From Candidatus Undinarchaeota archaeon (GTDB lineage Archaea; SpSt-1190; JASMDC01), in assembly GCA_964519305.1 (NCBI GenBank), contig CAZFHY010000003.1:34111-98110 (forward strand): a DNA stretch of 64,000 nt, in the 5' to 3' direction. Numbering within the stretch: the first letter of the stretch is position 1; each line of letters begins with the position of its first letter. The translations under genes and the position numbers were made by a program. Positions 21,301-30,056 of the stretch are shown here, piece after piece. The notes under the pieces were generated by a model. The model searched no databases, was not told the origin of the DNA, and was given only the letters and a program-made list of their open reading frames with translations.

Positions 21301-23510
21301 GTGCGGAATCATGCCTTGCACTCGTTCCGGGCCTGATCGATAGTGTACCGGCTGGAGCTTGCGGAGAGGGGCCGTGCGGCGGTGCTCTGAGCTGCATTGG
21401 AGGCACATGGACCTGCTCTTCGATCAATCGAACCTGTTGCACAAGGGACTGGCGAGGGATATGCTCCTTCTCTGGAGTGTGCGATGCGCATGAGTCCTGC
21501 GATGACCGATGTGAGACCGATCTCGCCATCGCACGGGCATGTGACAAGGGTAGCTGCGTGGAGACGGGACGCCAGAACTGCACCTCGGACTTCAAGTTCT
21601 GCCGGGAGGGAGCATGCTCGGGCTGCCTTACCGATCCCGAGTGCAGGTTGTTCAATAAGTGCGAGGATACGGTCCACATCGGTTACTCATGCTTCGGGGG
21701 CACGTGCAATCCCCGTGAACAGGATTGTCGATACAATGCCCTGATCTGTCAACCTGGCGGCTGCACAGGGTGCACGACCGACGAGGAATGTTCGAAGCTT
21801 TATGGTCCCGAGATTACCTGCGACTCGCTACGCCATCGTTGCCGTTCGCTCAACTGCGCGGTGGACGACGACTGCACCAACCTATGTAATGAGAACACAC
21901 ACATCGAGTACCTCTGTCATGACTTCATGTGCAAGCGCGGTGACGAGGTACCGTGCACGGGGGGAAAAGTATGTTCTCTCGTAGGCTGTAGTGACTGCCA
22001 TCGGGACCGTGACTGTGTAATCCATTATGGAATGGACTTCACCTGTCGCGACGGTGTATGCCGGAGGTCATGTGGTGATGGCCGCTGTGAACCTACTAGC
22101 GGCGAGGACTGTGTCCGGTGCCCCGTTGACTGCATCTGCAACGCAGCCGTGCTATGCGATCCGTCGTCGATGATGACGGACGAGATGGGTTGTGTGGCGG
22201 ACTCAGATGCGGACCGATTCCCTGATGACCAGGATCCTGACGTAAAGACCGAGGGTGAACCCTGTCTCAGACCGGACGACTGTCATGCCGTATGTCGACG
22301 CGGCGAAGCGGTATCGCGCGCATGTATCGGAGGATTCTGCGAGGTAATCGAGTACGACCTCTGTCACGAACGCGACCAGATGTGCGACGACGGTGAATGT
22401 ACTCCTTGCACTGGTGACGATGGCTGCCGTGCGATCTACGGACCGCTCTACGTTTGCGCGGATAAACTCTGCCGTCGTGATATCGATGGTGACGGCGTCC
22501 ATGATGATGCTGATGGCTGTCAGCGCGATCCCCTCCGCACCGAGGGGTGCGAATGGAACGAGACCTGCAAGACCGGGACCCGGGACTGCAGGACATCTTC
22601 AGCATGCACCTGTGATGAGGGAAAGGTCTGCGATCCCTTCCGGCCGAAGGCCGATGATCGTGGATGCGTGACTCCTAGATGTGGTGACGAAATCTGTGAC
22701 CGGCCGCATGAACGTGGGCTGACGTGTTGTACGGACTGTGGCTGTCTGCGTGGTGAGCTGTGTGACGAGCGCACTGATGTGTGCATGGCCGGTTGCGGTG
22801 ACGGAACGTGCGTTCCTGTTGAGTGCGGCTACTGTGTGCTCGACTGTTCGCCCGGTACGTGTCGTAACGATGTATGTGACCGCGCAATCGGGGAGACCGC
22901 AGAGAACACACCCGACTGTAACAGCTCTGTGGAGATCCACGCCCTTCTCCGCCATGAGGTGGCGGAGGCTGAAGCGATCGAACTCCCTCTCCAGATCAGG
23001 AACACGGGGAACGTCCCTACGAGCTTCACGGTCCACCTCAAGGCAGAGAACGCTCGTCTCGGGCTGCGTGAGGTGGCCACTCCGGTAATCCCGGCGGGCA
23101 AATCACACGGATTCATGCTCAACCTCCAGCTCACGTCCGGTTCGGGTCCAGCAACGGTGGAGGTCCGGGCCGTGTCGGACAAGGATCCGTCCGTGAACGC
23201 CGTCCAGACCGTAGTAGTGGAACAGTCCACAATTTCCTATCTATCCCGGGCGCTAAGTGGATCTATCCTCACAGAACTACCACGGAACCAGATGGTGGTG
23301 GCTATCGTCGTCGGGACCTTCCTTGCGCTCTGGGCTTTGGTCGTTGTCCTCGTACTCCTTGTCAAGGTCGGCACCCGAACACGCCGTCCAAAACCGCTCA
23401 CCGAGTACCCTGACGGCAATGCTTACGATTCTTACTATGCAGCCTCCAACAATCCATCTGGTGGAGGATACCCTTCTGCTGGCTACCGCATGAATCAGGG
23501 ACCTCAGTGA
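18294..23510 (+). CDS. Very Cys-rich (1738 aa) type I membrane surface protein with CARDB-like domain and Tyr-rich cytoplasmic tail
   Basis: Signal peptide; dozens of GxxCxxxxxCxxGxCxxGxC units; CGDGxC..E.C..CP.DC repeats; IRNTGNVP Ig/CARDB-like domain; TM VVAIVVGTFLALWALVVVLVLLV; tail containing YDSYY. Overlaps the upstream stop by 7 nt. Confidence 0.85.
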   Translation: MLTITKHHRKRDQGLWRSTFAFIILMIALIPATGLRTSCTASLTDGIPDPDATHAIVGGFHMIPHALCEEGKAYDGCCRHGEGLPCAPELVANSSCCVGDDRGVQREAVLVFELKEHRPFRAATITLVHACHPAETGGQCHAESPMVLNYCEGGSCSSSAVGCDDGTLSDADVTCTGSGTCTVLRTVDAAIEQAMQAGWDTVTFRVAPVSSTYVRTWPVPALCTSLGDACAAVTSAPATRLSLVYGEPGAPVLTIHDSCKAGTQCKPGEEWECVDLDDDGTGNCGECTDEPGAPCLDDNGRKGYCCGGQCATMGPVWADSDDDGRADSGIDPCGESDCTATLVCSSGSWSCGSTGEGCCTEEGLRSCDDTGTCTSGTPQDCGSDSCAAGACRTPCGVGGSCPSGHHCVNLEGILVCLKLCSSVGQCESGESCFDTNANGGPDACGPCAIDGVRCTGVDGTGYCCRGACVYTSIGDTNDDNKLAAGDTCGTTGCSGSPVCTISGTGPAWTCSTEGSSCCTNVGQGICSDLQCQNAVSCGAYACTDGGCTSSCDSPDDCASLDACIDVEGTHVPQTCGDCSEHEGSPCITSSGSTGLCCAGECRLGEGRGVTCGRDCHCTEDLACAEGLGVCLTGPGGACEENGDCASGCCAGGMCFQRGAGLLDDPCGADCECSDGLACGGGRCRRELGASCDGAFDCASGCCVHGSCIGSEKVLGGSPCLADCQCTQGFACHRSDPTDTTGVCLVATSKTCTSHYACVSGCCADGVCVDDRTLPVRDACTENCQCSESMACLDNICLVPLGGSCAAGNECELGVCVNETCVARGDKGLDDTCALENECADGLTCVNGICLFNLGKLATSSTQCASDCASGGVCIEPKSIIHLSLCNDPCACQQGLICNAIKGVCLRDVGGSCGAHSDCDRGCCADDKCAAAGVKEVGKSCTIDCECTSWVCAAGKCASARPCATAADCMVELERKLCVDGVCKARCEPEGLQCDGSNVTGFCCAESCLALVPGLIDSVPAGACGEGPCGGALSCIGGTWTCSSINRTCCTRDWRGICSFSGVCDAHESCDDRCETDLAIARACDKGSCVETGRQNCTSDFKFCREGACSGCLTDPECRLFNKCEDTVHIGYSCFGGTCNPREQDCRYNALICQPGGCTGCTTDEECSKLYGPEITCDSLRHRCRSLNCAVDDDCTNLCNENTHIEYLCHDFMCKRGDEVPCTGGKVCSLVGCSDCHRDRDCVIHYGMDFTCRDGVCRRSCGDGRCEPTSGEDCVRCPVDCICNAAVLCDPSSMMTDEMGCVADSDADRFPDDQDPDVKTEGEPCLRPDDCHAVCRRGEAVSRACIGGFCEVIEYDLCHERDQMCDDGECTPCTGDDGCRAIYGPLYVCADKLCRRDIDGDGVHDDADGCQRDPLRTEGCEWNETCKTGTRDCRTSSACTCDEGKVCDPFRPKADDRGCVTPRCGDEICDRPHERGLTCCTDCGCLRGELCDERTDVCMAGCGDGTCVPVECGYCVLDCSPGTCRNDVCDRAIGETAENTPDCNSSVEIHALLRHEVAEAEAIELPLQIRNTGNVPTSFTVHLKAENARLGLREVATPVIPAGKSHGFMLNLQLTSGSGPATVEVRAVSDKDPSVNAVQTVVVEQSTISYLSRALSGSILTELPRNQMVVAIVVGTFLALWALVVVLVLLVKVGTRTRRPKPLTEYPDGNAYDSYYAASNNPSGGGYPSAGYRMNQGPQ

Positions 23511-23523
23511 GGTCAGGTCATAT

Positions 23524-25902
23524 CTATCCTTCCCGCCACACCAGGATACCTGAAACAAGGTTCAGAACGGCCACAAGACCACATACTACAGGTATCCCCC
23601 ATAGCGGGATGAGGAGAGCCGAGATGACCAGTGCGCCAACGCACGAGCCCACGAGGTCCGCAGAATAGAGGGCGGACGCCGTCCCTGCAACGTCACCTGA
23701 GAAATGGAGCGAAGCAGCAAGTGGGAACTCCATCCCCACGAGAACGCCTACGATGAGATTGAGCAGCGGGAACGCGACATGAGCTACCACCGGTGCCCAC
23801 CATCCCCATGACAACCGGGACAAGATCGTGAGCGTCGGTACAAGAAGAATGGCGACAACCGCGATGGCGGCCTCCAGGGTGAAGAGCTGACGTCGTGTCC
23901 GTGGCCCTTCCATCCTGTTGATGTGGTTCGAGCCTATGGCCAGCCCCACCATGAAGGCGGTGACAAGTAGCCCGAGACTACTGTACACGTACCCGTGGAT
24001 GAGCTGGAAACCGACGACGAGCACGACCGCGAGCGCAGAGCCCGCCAAGCCTGTGGTCAGGATGGCCAAGGGGACCGGCCGAGTGCGGGCGAGCGTCATG
24101 AGGCATAGTGCGATCAACATTGCGGCTGGGATCGTAGGATCTATCTCCCGCTCACCCTTAAAGTACGCCATCCAGTGGAGCAAGGCGTAATATGAGGTGA
24201 CCGGACGTAGGTCGGAGTTCTCGCCCACATCGTCGGTGAGCGAAGAATCGATCAGGTCAAGACGGTCCTTGGTGAGATGCCACCCGATGTACTCACGACG
24301 TACGTACTGCGTGGGGATCCCCCGCTCTTCGACCAGTCGAGGGATGTCCCTGTGAAGGGATCTGTCGCCTGCAACGAAGAAAGTGCGTCCTCCGGGGATA
24401 GCGGTAACGTGATTGAACTGAGACGCGAGAGTGCGGTACACTGCTGAGTTGAGCTGACGTCGTTCCGCGCTAACGTAGTTCGCGATACCTTCCACGCCTA
24501 GCGAGACAACGCCACCAGGTCGAAGGATGCGGGCGACCTCGTCCATGAACTCCCGTGTATAGAACCGGTTGATCTGTGTTGTCGTCGGGTCAGGGAGATC
24601 GATGATGACAACGTCGTAACGTTCCGTTGTCTGTCGTACGTATAACCGACCGTCCATGGCGTGGACGTGGATGCGCTCATCGTCAAGATTGCGTGTGAAG
24701 CGTTTACCTACCTCGATGATGAGGGGATCGAGCTCAACGTAATCGACACGTTCAATACCATACTTCAATGCTTCCATGGCAGTGCCGGCCACACCTCCGG
24801 AGATGATGAGCACATTCTCAGGTGCCGGGTGTTGGAGCATGGCGTAGTGCACTGTTTCCTCGCGAGAGACGTTGCTACCTGTAGTGAAGAGCGGTGTCCC
24901 ACTCTCCCAGAACGTGAGCTGGTCACTCTCACGTGTTACCACGAGCTTCCCATAGGGTGACTCTTGTGCGAACACAAGGTCTACCAATCCCTCCTCTGGC
25001 CGTCCGGGATCCTGGAGGAAACCAACGAGCCGGGACGGAGAACCGAGCACAAAAGCCGCAGCCTCGGGCGTGCTGAAGAGGATGCGTGTCGTGGCAAGCT
25101 CAATGTCGACAACTAGGAACGCGAGGACTATCGCAATGGCAAATACTACAAGACCCCGTCCTAGATCCTTGCGGCCAGTGGAACGGCTTATGACGACCGC
25201 CGCGATCATGTTCACGATGAAGATGAAAGTAGTGATATGGAACGGGCGTAGGACGTGGACAAGAAGGAACGAGAACAGTACACCTCCCAGTATGTCGCCG
25301 ATGTTGTCCATGAAGTAGACCTCTCCGATGTCCTCGGCGCGTTCCCCACGGGAGAGTACGAGACATGCCAGTGTGAGGAGGAATCCGGAGATGATACAAT
25401 AGGGTGCGAGTAATACCAATGCCGATCCCATCACCTCGATGAACCCCACCATCCTACCCTGCTGGAACACGACGTTGCGCAGTAGGCGGACGATCAGGAT
25501 ATGGAGGAAAGGTAGTACCGCGACGGCCACCTGTGAGGCGATAAGGATGCGCATGCGGTCCTCGATTCTATGGGCCCAGCGTCCAATGACGGCACCAATT
25601 GCATCGAGCAACAGCCAGGATGAGAGGATGATACCGAATACTAGCTCGTTGCCATGGAACACGCTCATGAACTCCCGCATGATCAGGAGCTGTGTGATGA
25701 TGGACGATACACCCAGTGCGGTGATCGATAGGAAGACGCGGGTCTTGAGCGTGGAGTCAAGGGATAGCCAGTCCTTGACCATAGTCACCGTATCATGACC
25801 ATGGTCCTTGTCAAGGGCATCCGTACCGGAGTCTCGATCCTTGATGCTATCCTTCTCATCGTCGGCCGTTTCACGCACCTTCCTACGCTTCCTACGGCCC
25901 AT
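23524..25902 (-). CDS. Membrane-integral fused spermidine synthase-like (SAM-dependent fold) protein
   Basis: N- and C-terminal multi-TM regions flank a SpeE-like domain (ESPYG, EETVH, VLIISGG, VELDP, DGRLYV, YDVVIIDLPDP, NRFYTREF, LRPGG). Start set to ATG 25902, ~25 nt after a TTTAATA box. Confidence 0.85.
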   Translation of the reverse strand: MGRRKRRKVRETADDEKDSIKDRDSGTDALDKDHGHDTVTMVKDWLSLDSTLKTRVFLSITALGVSSIITQLLIMREFMSVFHGNELVFGIILSSWLLLDAIGAVIGRWAHRIEDRMRILIASQVAVAVLPFLHILIVRLLRNVVFQQGRMVGFIEVMGSALVLLAPYCIISGFLLTLACLVLSRGERAEDIGEVYFMDNIGDILGGVLFSFLLVHVLRPFHITTFIFIVNMIAAVVISRSTGRKDLGRGLVVFAIAIVLAFLVVDIELATTRILFSTPEAAAFVLGSPSRLVGFLQDPGRPEEGLVDLVFAQESPYGKLVVTRESDQLTFWESGTPLFTTGSNVSREETVHYAMLQHPAPENVLIISGGVAGTAMEALKYGIERVDYVELDPLIIEVGKRFTRNLDDERIHVHAMDGRLYVRQTTERYDVVIIDLPDPTTTQINRFYTREFMDEVARILRPGGVVSLGVEGIANYVSAERRQLNSAVYRTLASQFNHVTAIPGGRTFFVAGDRSLHRDIPRLVEERGIPTQYVRREYIGWHLTKDRLDLIDSSLTDDVGENSDLRPVTSYYALLHWMAYFKGEREIDPTIPAAMLIALCLMTLARTRPVPLAILTTGLAGSALAVVLVVGFQLIHGYVYSSLGLLVTAFMVGLAIGSNHINRMEGPRTRRQLFTLEAAIAVVAILLVPTLTILSRLSWGWWAPVVAHVAFPLLNLIVGVLVGMEFPLAASLHFSGDVAGTASALYSADLVGSCVGALVISALLIPLWGIPVVCGLVAVLNLVSGILVWREG

Positions 25903-26006
25903 ACGGTCGATACACATGCCGGTGAGTATTAAATCTGTTCGCGCCGCGGACGGTCGATATAAAAGAGTTACTCGTACTTGGCTGAACGCCTGAAAGGTGA
26001 TTTCAA

Positions 26007-26516
26007 ATGGACGCAATGGATTGTATTCTCACACGACGGAGCATTCGTAAGTACACGGACGATATGATCACCGACGATATTATCGATGAGCTGTTGAAGG
26101 CTGCGATGAGCGCACCTGCGGCAGGGAGTCAGGACCCATGGCACTTCATCCTCATCAAGGACCGGGCTATCCTTGAGAAGGTGCCTGAGGTCCACCCCTA
26201 CGCACGTATGGTGCCTGAAGCGTTCGCCGCTATCCTCGTATGCTGGGACCCGACCATCGAGAAGCATAAGGGTTTCGGGGAACAGGACTGTTCGGCCGCC
26301 ACCGAGAACATCCTCCTTGCCGCCCAGGCCCGAGGACTTGGCGCTGTTTGGCTCGGATGTCACCCACGCGAGGACCGGGTCAATGGTCTTCGGGGGCTTC
26401 TTGGTATCCCCGACCATGTCATCCCGTTCGCCCTCATCCCCTTTGGACGGCCCGCCGAGGAGAAGGGACCTGCACTCAGGTGGAAGGAGGACCGCATCCA
26501 TCGGAATGGATGGTGA
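26007..26516 (+). CDS. Nitroreductase family protein
   Basis: TRRSIRKY, AAMSAP, QDPWHF, DCSAATENILLAAQARGLGAVWLG; AGGTGA RBS upstream. Confidence 0.93.
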   Translation: MDAMDCILTRRSIRKYTDDMITDDIIDELLKAAMSAPAAGSQDPWHFILIKDRAILEKVPEVHPYARMVPEAFAAILVCWDPTIEKHKGFGEQDCSAATENILLAAQARGLGAVWLGCHPREDRVNGLRGLLGIPDHVIPFALIPFGRPAEEKGPALRWKEDRIHRNGW

Positions 26517-26574
26517 GCGGACCCCGACCACGTAGTAATTAATTACTTGAGTGATGCTCTAATCCCCGTAGAGG

Positions 26575-29358
26575 ATGGAAGGTCGCTCGACTGCTCAGGG
26601 ATGGCTCTTGCTCGTAGTAGTCATCATGCTATTCCTCAATCCCGCTGCAGGCGTCCATTTCAAGCTCGCTGATGAGCGACATGACAACCAGGGTACTGAG
26701 TACACGGTCCGATACCCCATTCCTCTCAAGCGTACCAATGTTAGGATCGACAAGCTCGAGACCGTACACCTCGATTTCCCCGATGACCTCGTACAAGAGT
26801 CGTCCATACGTGTGGTAGAGCGCGTGAACGACACATTCTATGAGATCCCGTACCAAGTGGTCAAGCTAGGTGACGCCTCCACACTCTCCAAGTACGACTC
26901 AGGCTTCGTTAGCGCCATCGACCTGAAGTTGTTCCTCACAAACACTCCTGATAACAGCACTTCCTACTTCGTGCTCGTGTCACCTGAACCGACACGACGT
27001 ACCGATTATAGTGGGAGTCACGGTGAAATGATACAGAGCGTAGCCCCGTACATCATCGTGAACAATGATCACCTTGAAGGTACGTTCACAGAGAACGGCC
27101 TCATGCTCAAGGACGCTGGTGGTACGATGCTCTCTGATGGGGACAAGTTCCAGGAGAGACGGACGGCGATGTTGCTCAAGGACCTCCCTTCACCTAACAT
27201 AGTCCTCAAACCGCGCCTCTCCGTGGAGCCGACAGAGCTTGGAGTCCGGGTGTACGGGACAATGGTCATGCTCGGTTTCCAGCACACGGTCGAGTACACG
27301 TTCTACGGAACCGCTCCAGTGTTTGAGAGACAGGAGAGGTTCTCCATTCCCGTGGTCTCGGCCAATCTATGTTATGTTATCTTCAAGAGCCTGGACACCC
27401 TGAAACATAGATGGGACATCACGCTCTATCCCGATAACAAGTCATTCCACTTGGATGGGGACAGTAATGATCCCCGGTTCCTCACCGAGCACATACCGGT
27501 CCAGCGGGGCCAGGTGATAGTCGCTTCGAGCGGTGACATATCTCTGGTGACGATCATCATCGATGTACCTGACTTTGAACTGAATATGGGATTCCTCGAG
27601 GGGAGCGCGAAGATGTCCATCCCAGGTCTTGGTCTCAAGGACCTAGGCTCAATCCATTTTCCCAATACGATGTACCACGGGATGTACTTCACGAACATCT
27701 CTCCGGACTATCATATCACCAACCAGTGCGGGGACATCGCAGGAGTGAGCTCGTACCGCCATATCACGTTCATTGTAGATGGTTCTGTAGACAAGGCCAT
27801 GGTCGACGAACTGCGTTCGCTCTATCTTGGTTCGATCCTTGAGGCGAGCGCCCAGTTCGAGGCTGAGTACTATTGGGATGGTGCTTGGCAACATGAATCG
27901 AGACCTTGTGGTTCGTCGTGCTCATACGATGGGGAATGCGGGGACCGGAAGTGTATCAGCGGCCTCTGTCGGAAACCTACCGAGTGCGTCTTCGATAATA
28001 CCTGCTTTCAGAGCGGGACCGAGCTGGAGAGCCGAATGTGCCTTGACGGGGAATGGCTCCAGACCCAGAACGGGTGCGGGCCCTGCGTGGTCACGGCACA
28101 GTGCCGGGGAGGCCGGCGATGCATCGACAACATCTGTCGGGAGAACAGCACCGTATGTGGAAAACAAGGTCGGTGCTTCCCATCTGGCTCGGTCTACAAG
28201 GACGAATATTGCGAGATGGGATTGTTCTTCAGACGGGCTGGTGGTGGTGCCGAGTGCGATCAGGATTACGAATGTGATACAGGTTATGCTTGCGAGGACA
28301 ATCACTGTATCAAGAGCGATGGGATGACCTGTACCGATGATAGCGAGTGCAAGAGCAGACACTGCTCTCGTGGTATCTGCTGCGTTCAGGGTCGTCAGTG
28401 CTGCCGGGACGATGAGCAGTGCAAACCGCCAACGCGATGCAATCCCATTACCTTCTACTGCGAAGTGCTCTGCGGTAACGCGGTATGCGATCCGGAGGAA
28501 TGCAGTGACTGCCCGAGCGACTGCTCACTCGAGCTGTGCGCTGACGACCGGTACTGCTCGCCCGAGGTGGGTGAGACATGTGACACGACGACCTACTGCG
28601 AATGCACGACCGTTGTGCGGGCATTGTTCGACTCGTCCAAGGACCACCGGTTCGATGACATCGTGTTCGTGGAGGCAGAGGTCCAGAACATCGGTGATGC
28701 TCCAGCCACCTACGATGTTGCCTTCACGGTGAAAGAGCTGAACGTATTCGAGACTAGGAAGAGCGTTCAGATAGGGAAGAACAGCCTCGTTGTGCTTCCC
28801 TTCAACTTCACAGCAAGTGCGCCTTTCGAGACAGTTCACGTTTCCTTCACCGTGTTCTATGGCTCCGGGCGAAAGCGACCTGAGCACAGCGAGACCTTGA
28901 CCGTTACCCTCAGGGAGCGCAGGTTCTACGAGACCACATACTTCGAGTACCTCTTCGGTTTCAAGGAAGCATTCGAGATAGTGGTGGCCATAGTGACTGT
29001 GTTCGGTCTTTTCATGGGATACCGCTCTTGGGTGGGAAGGGGTGAAGCGGCCCCACCCGCCGTCGTATACTACTATTATCCACCTCCCTACGAGAGCTAT
29101 TATGGGCAGTATGGCTATTCATATCCACAGGACGCTTATCCGGTAGGATATGCCGAACAGAGTGAGGACGGCAGCAGCGAGGAGGCACCCTTACCGGTCG
29201 AAGCACCATCTGAAGAAGTACCCGCTCCTGTAGAGGATCCCGCCGCCTACGCCCAAGAGCAGCCTGCGGACCTTGAGCCCGTGCCTGTCGAACCCGTGGC
29301 CGAGGAGCAGTCGGTAGAGTACCAACCGGGGAACGACGGCGTCCCGCCCAGCGATTGA
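26575..29358 (+). CDS. Cys-rich type I membrane surface protein with CARDB-like domain and Tyr/Pro-rich cytoplasmic tail
   Basis: Signal peptide; beta-rich N-terminal region; Cys repeats including the shared 10-Cys module and CGNAVCDPEECSDCPSDC; VQNIGDAP domain; TM; tail VVYYYYPPPYESYYGQYGYSY followed by an acidic Pro-rich segment. Confidence 0.82.
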   Translation: MEGRSTAQGWLLLVVVIMLFLNPAAGVHFKLADERHDNQGTEYTVRYPIPLKRTNVRIDKLETVHLDFPDDLVQESSIRVVERVNDTFYEIPYQVVKLGDASTLSKYDSGFVSAIDLKLFLTNTPDNSTSYFVLVSPEPTRRTDYSGSHGEMIQSVAPYIIVNNDHLEGTFTENGLMLKDAGGTMLSDGDKFQERRTAMLLKDLPSPNIVLKPRLSVEPTELGVRVYGTMVMLGFQHTVEYTFYGTAPVFERQERFSIPVVSANLCYVIFKSLDTLKHRWDITLYPDNKSFHLDGDSNDPRFLTEHIPVQRGQVIVASSGDISLVTIIIDVPDFELNMGFLEGSAKMSIPGLGLKDLGSIHFPNTMYHGMYFTNISPDYHITNQCGDIAGVSSYRHITFIVDGSVDKAMVDELRSLYLGSILEASAQFEAEYYWDGAWQHESRPCGSSCSYDGECGDRKCISGLCRKPTECVFDNTCFQSGTELESRMCLDGEWLQTQNGCGPCVVTAQCRGGRRCIDNICRENSTVCGKQGRCFPSGSVYKDEYCEMGLFFRRAGGGAECDQDYECDTGYACEDNHCIKSDGMTCTDDSECKSRHCSRGICCVQGRQCCRDDEQCKPPTRCNPITFYCEVLCGNAVCDPEECSDCPSDCSLELCADDRYCSPEVGETCDTTTYCECTTVVRALFDSSKDHRFDDIVFVEAEVQNIGDAPATYDVAFTVKELNVFETRKSVQIGKNSLVVLPFNFTASAPFETVHVSFTVFYGSGRKRPEHSETLTVTLRERRFYETTYFEYLFGFKEAFEIVVAIVTVFGLFMGYRSWVGRGEAAPPAVVYYYYPPPYESYYGQYGYSYPQDAYPVGYAEQSEDGSSEEAPLPVEAPSEEVPAPVEDPAAYAQEQPADLEPVPVEPVAEEQSVEYQPGNDGVPPSD

Positions 29359-29378
29359 TCGAGGTCAGCGAGCACTGC

Positions 29379-30044
29379 TCAGGGGAGCTCGAACGACACG
29401 TCACCGGTGGCGATATCGAACACGGCACCCGTGAGGAGCAGCTTTCCACGATCAACAGCCTCACGGACCACGGCCGAGCCGTTGTAGATGACCTTCATAG
29501 TATGCTTGACGTTCTCGGCAACGGCGAGCTCGACCAGCGTTGATTCCCTGTCGGGATGGTGTTCGCGGGCTGCGTGGACCGCCGGTTCAAGGTCGCGAGC
29601 TATCTCAGCGATGTTTCCTTCGACAGACCCACTGCAAGCGGCCGTGACCGCACCGCAATGCGTGTGACCAAGTACGATTACGAGAGGTACGTCAAGGTGT
29701 CTTACAGCGTACTCGATGGAACCCAGTTTCTGAGGCGCTCTTGCAGTGTTCCCTGCATTACGGATACCAAATATATCTCCTGCATCGGCATCGAAGATCA
29801 CCTCGACCGGCACCCGTGAGTCAGAGCAGTACACGATGGCACAGTATGGCTCCTGACCTTCAACGAGCTTCTGTTGTCGCGCGATCGAGAACCGTTTGGG
29901 ATTTGTACAACCGCCCCGCCACCGCGAGTGGCCCGTTATGAGCTGTTCGAGGCTGGAGAGCGCCAGACCTGGTAACTGACGGGTGAAGCCGCATACCTTC
30001 ATCCGGTGTCCACCGATCATGGCATCGAGTCTGTTGATTTTCAT
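29379..30044 (-). CDS. Beta-class carbonic anhydrase
   Basis: Zn ligand motifs CSDSRVP and LGHTHCGAV, plus RNAGN and GSIEYAV. It lies 12 nt downstream of the previous gene with a GAGGT RBS. Confidence 0.93.
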   Translation of the reverse strand: MKINRLDAMIGGHRMKVCGFTRQLPGLALSSLEQLITGHSRWRGGCTNPKRFSIARQQKLVEGQEPYCAIVYCSDSRVPVEVIFDADAGDIFGIRNAGNTARAPQKLGSIEYAVRHLDVPLVIVLGHTHCGAVTAACSGSVEGNIAEIARDLEPAVHAAREHHPDRESTLVELAVAENVKHTMKVIYNGSAVVREAVDRGKLLLTGAVFDIATGDVSFELP

Positions 30045-30056
30045 GGTGATGACCTC

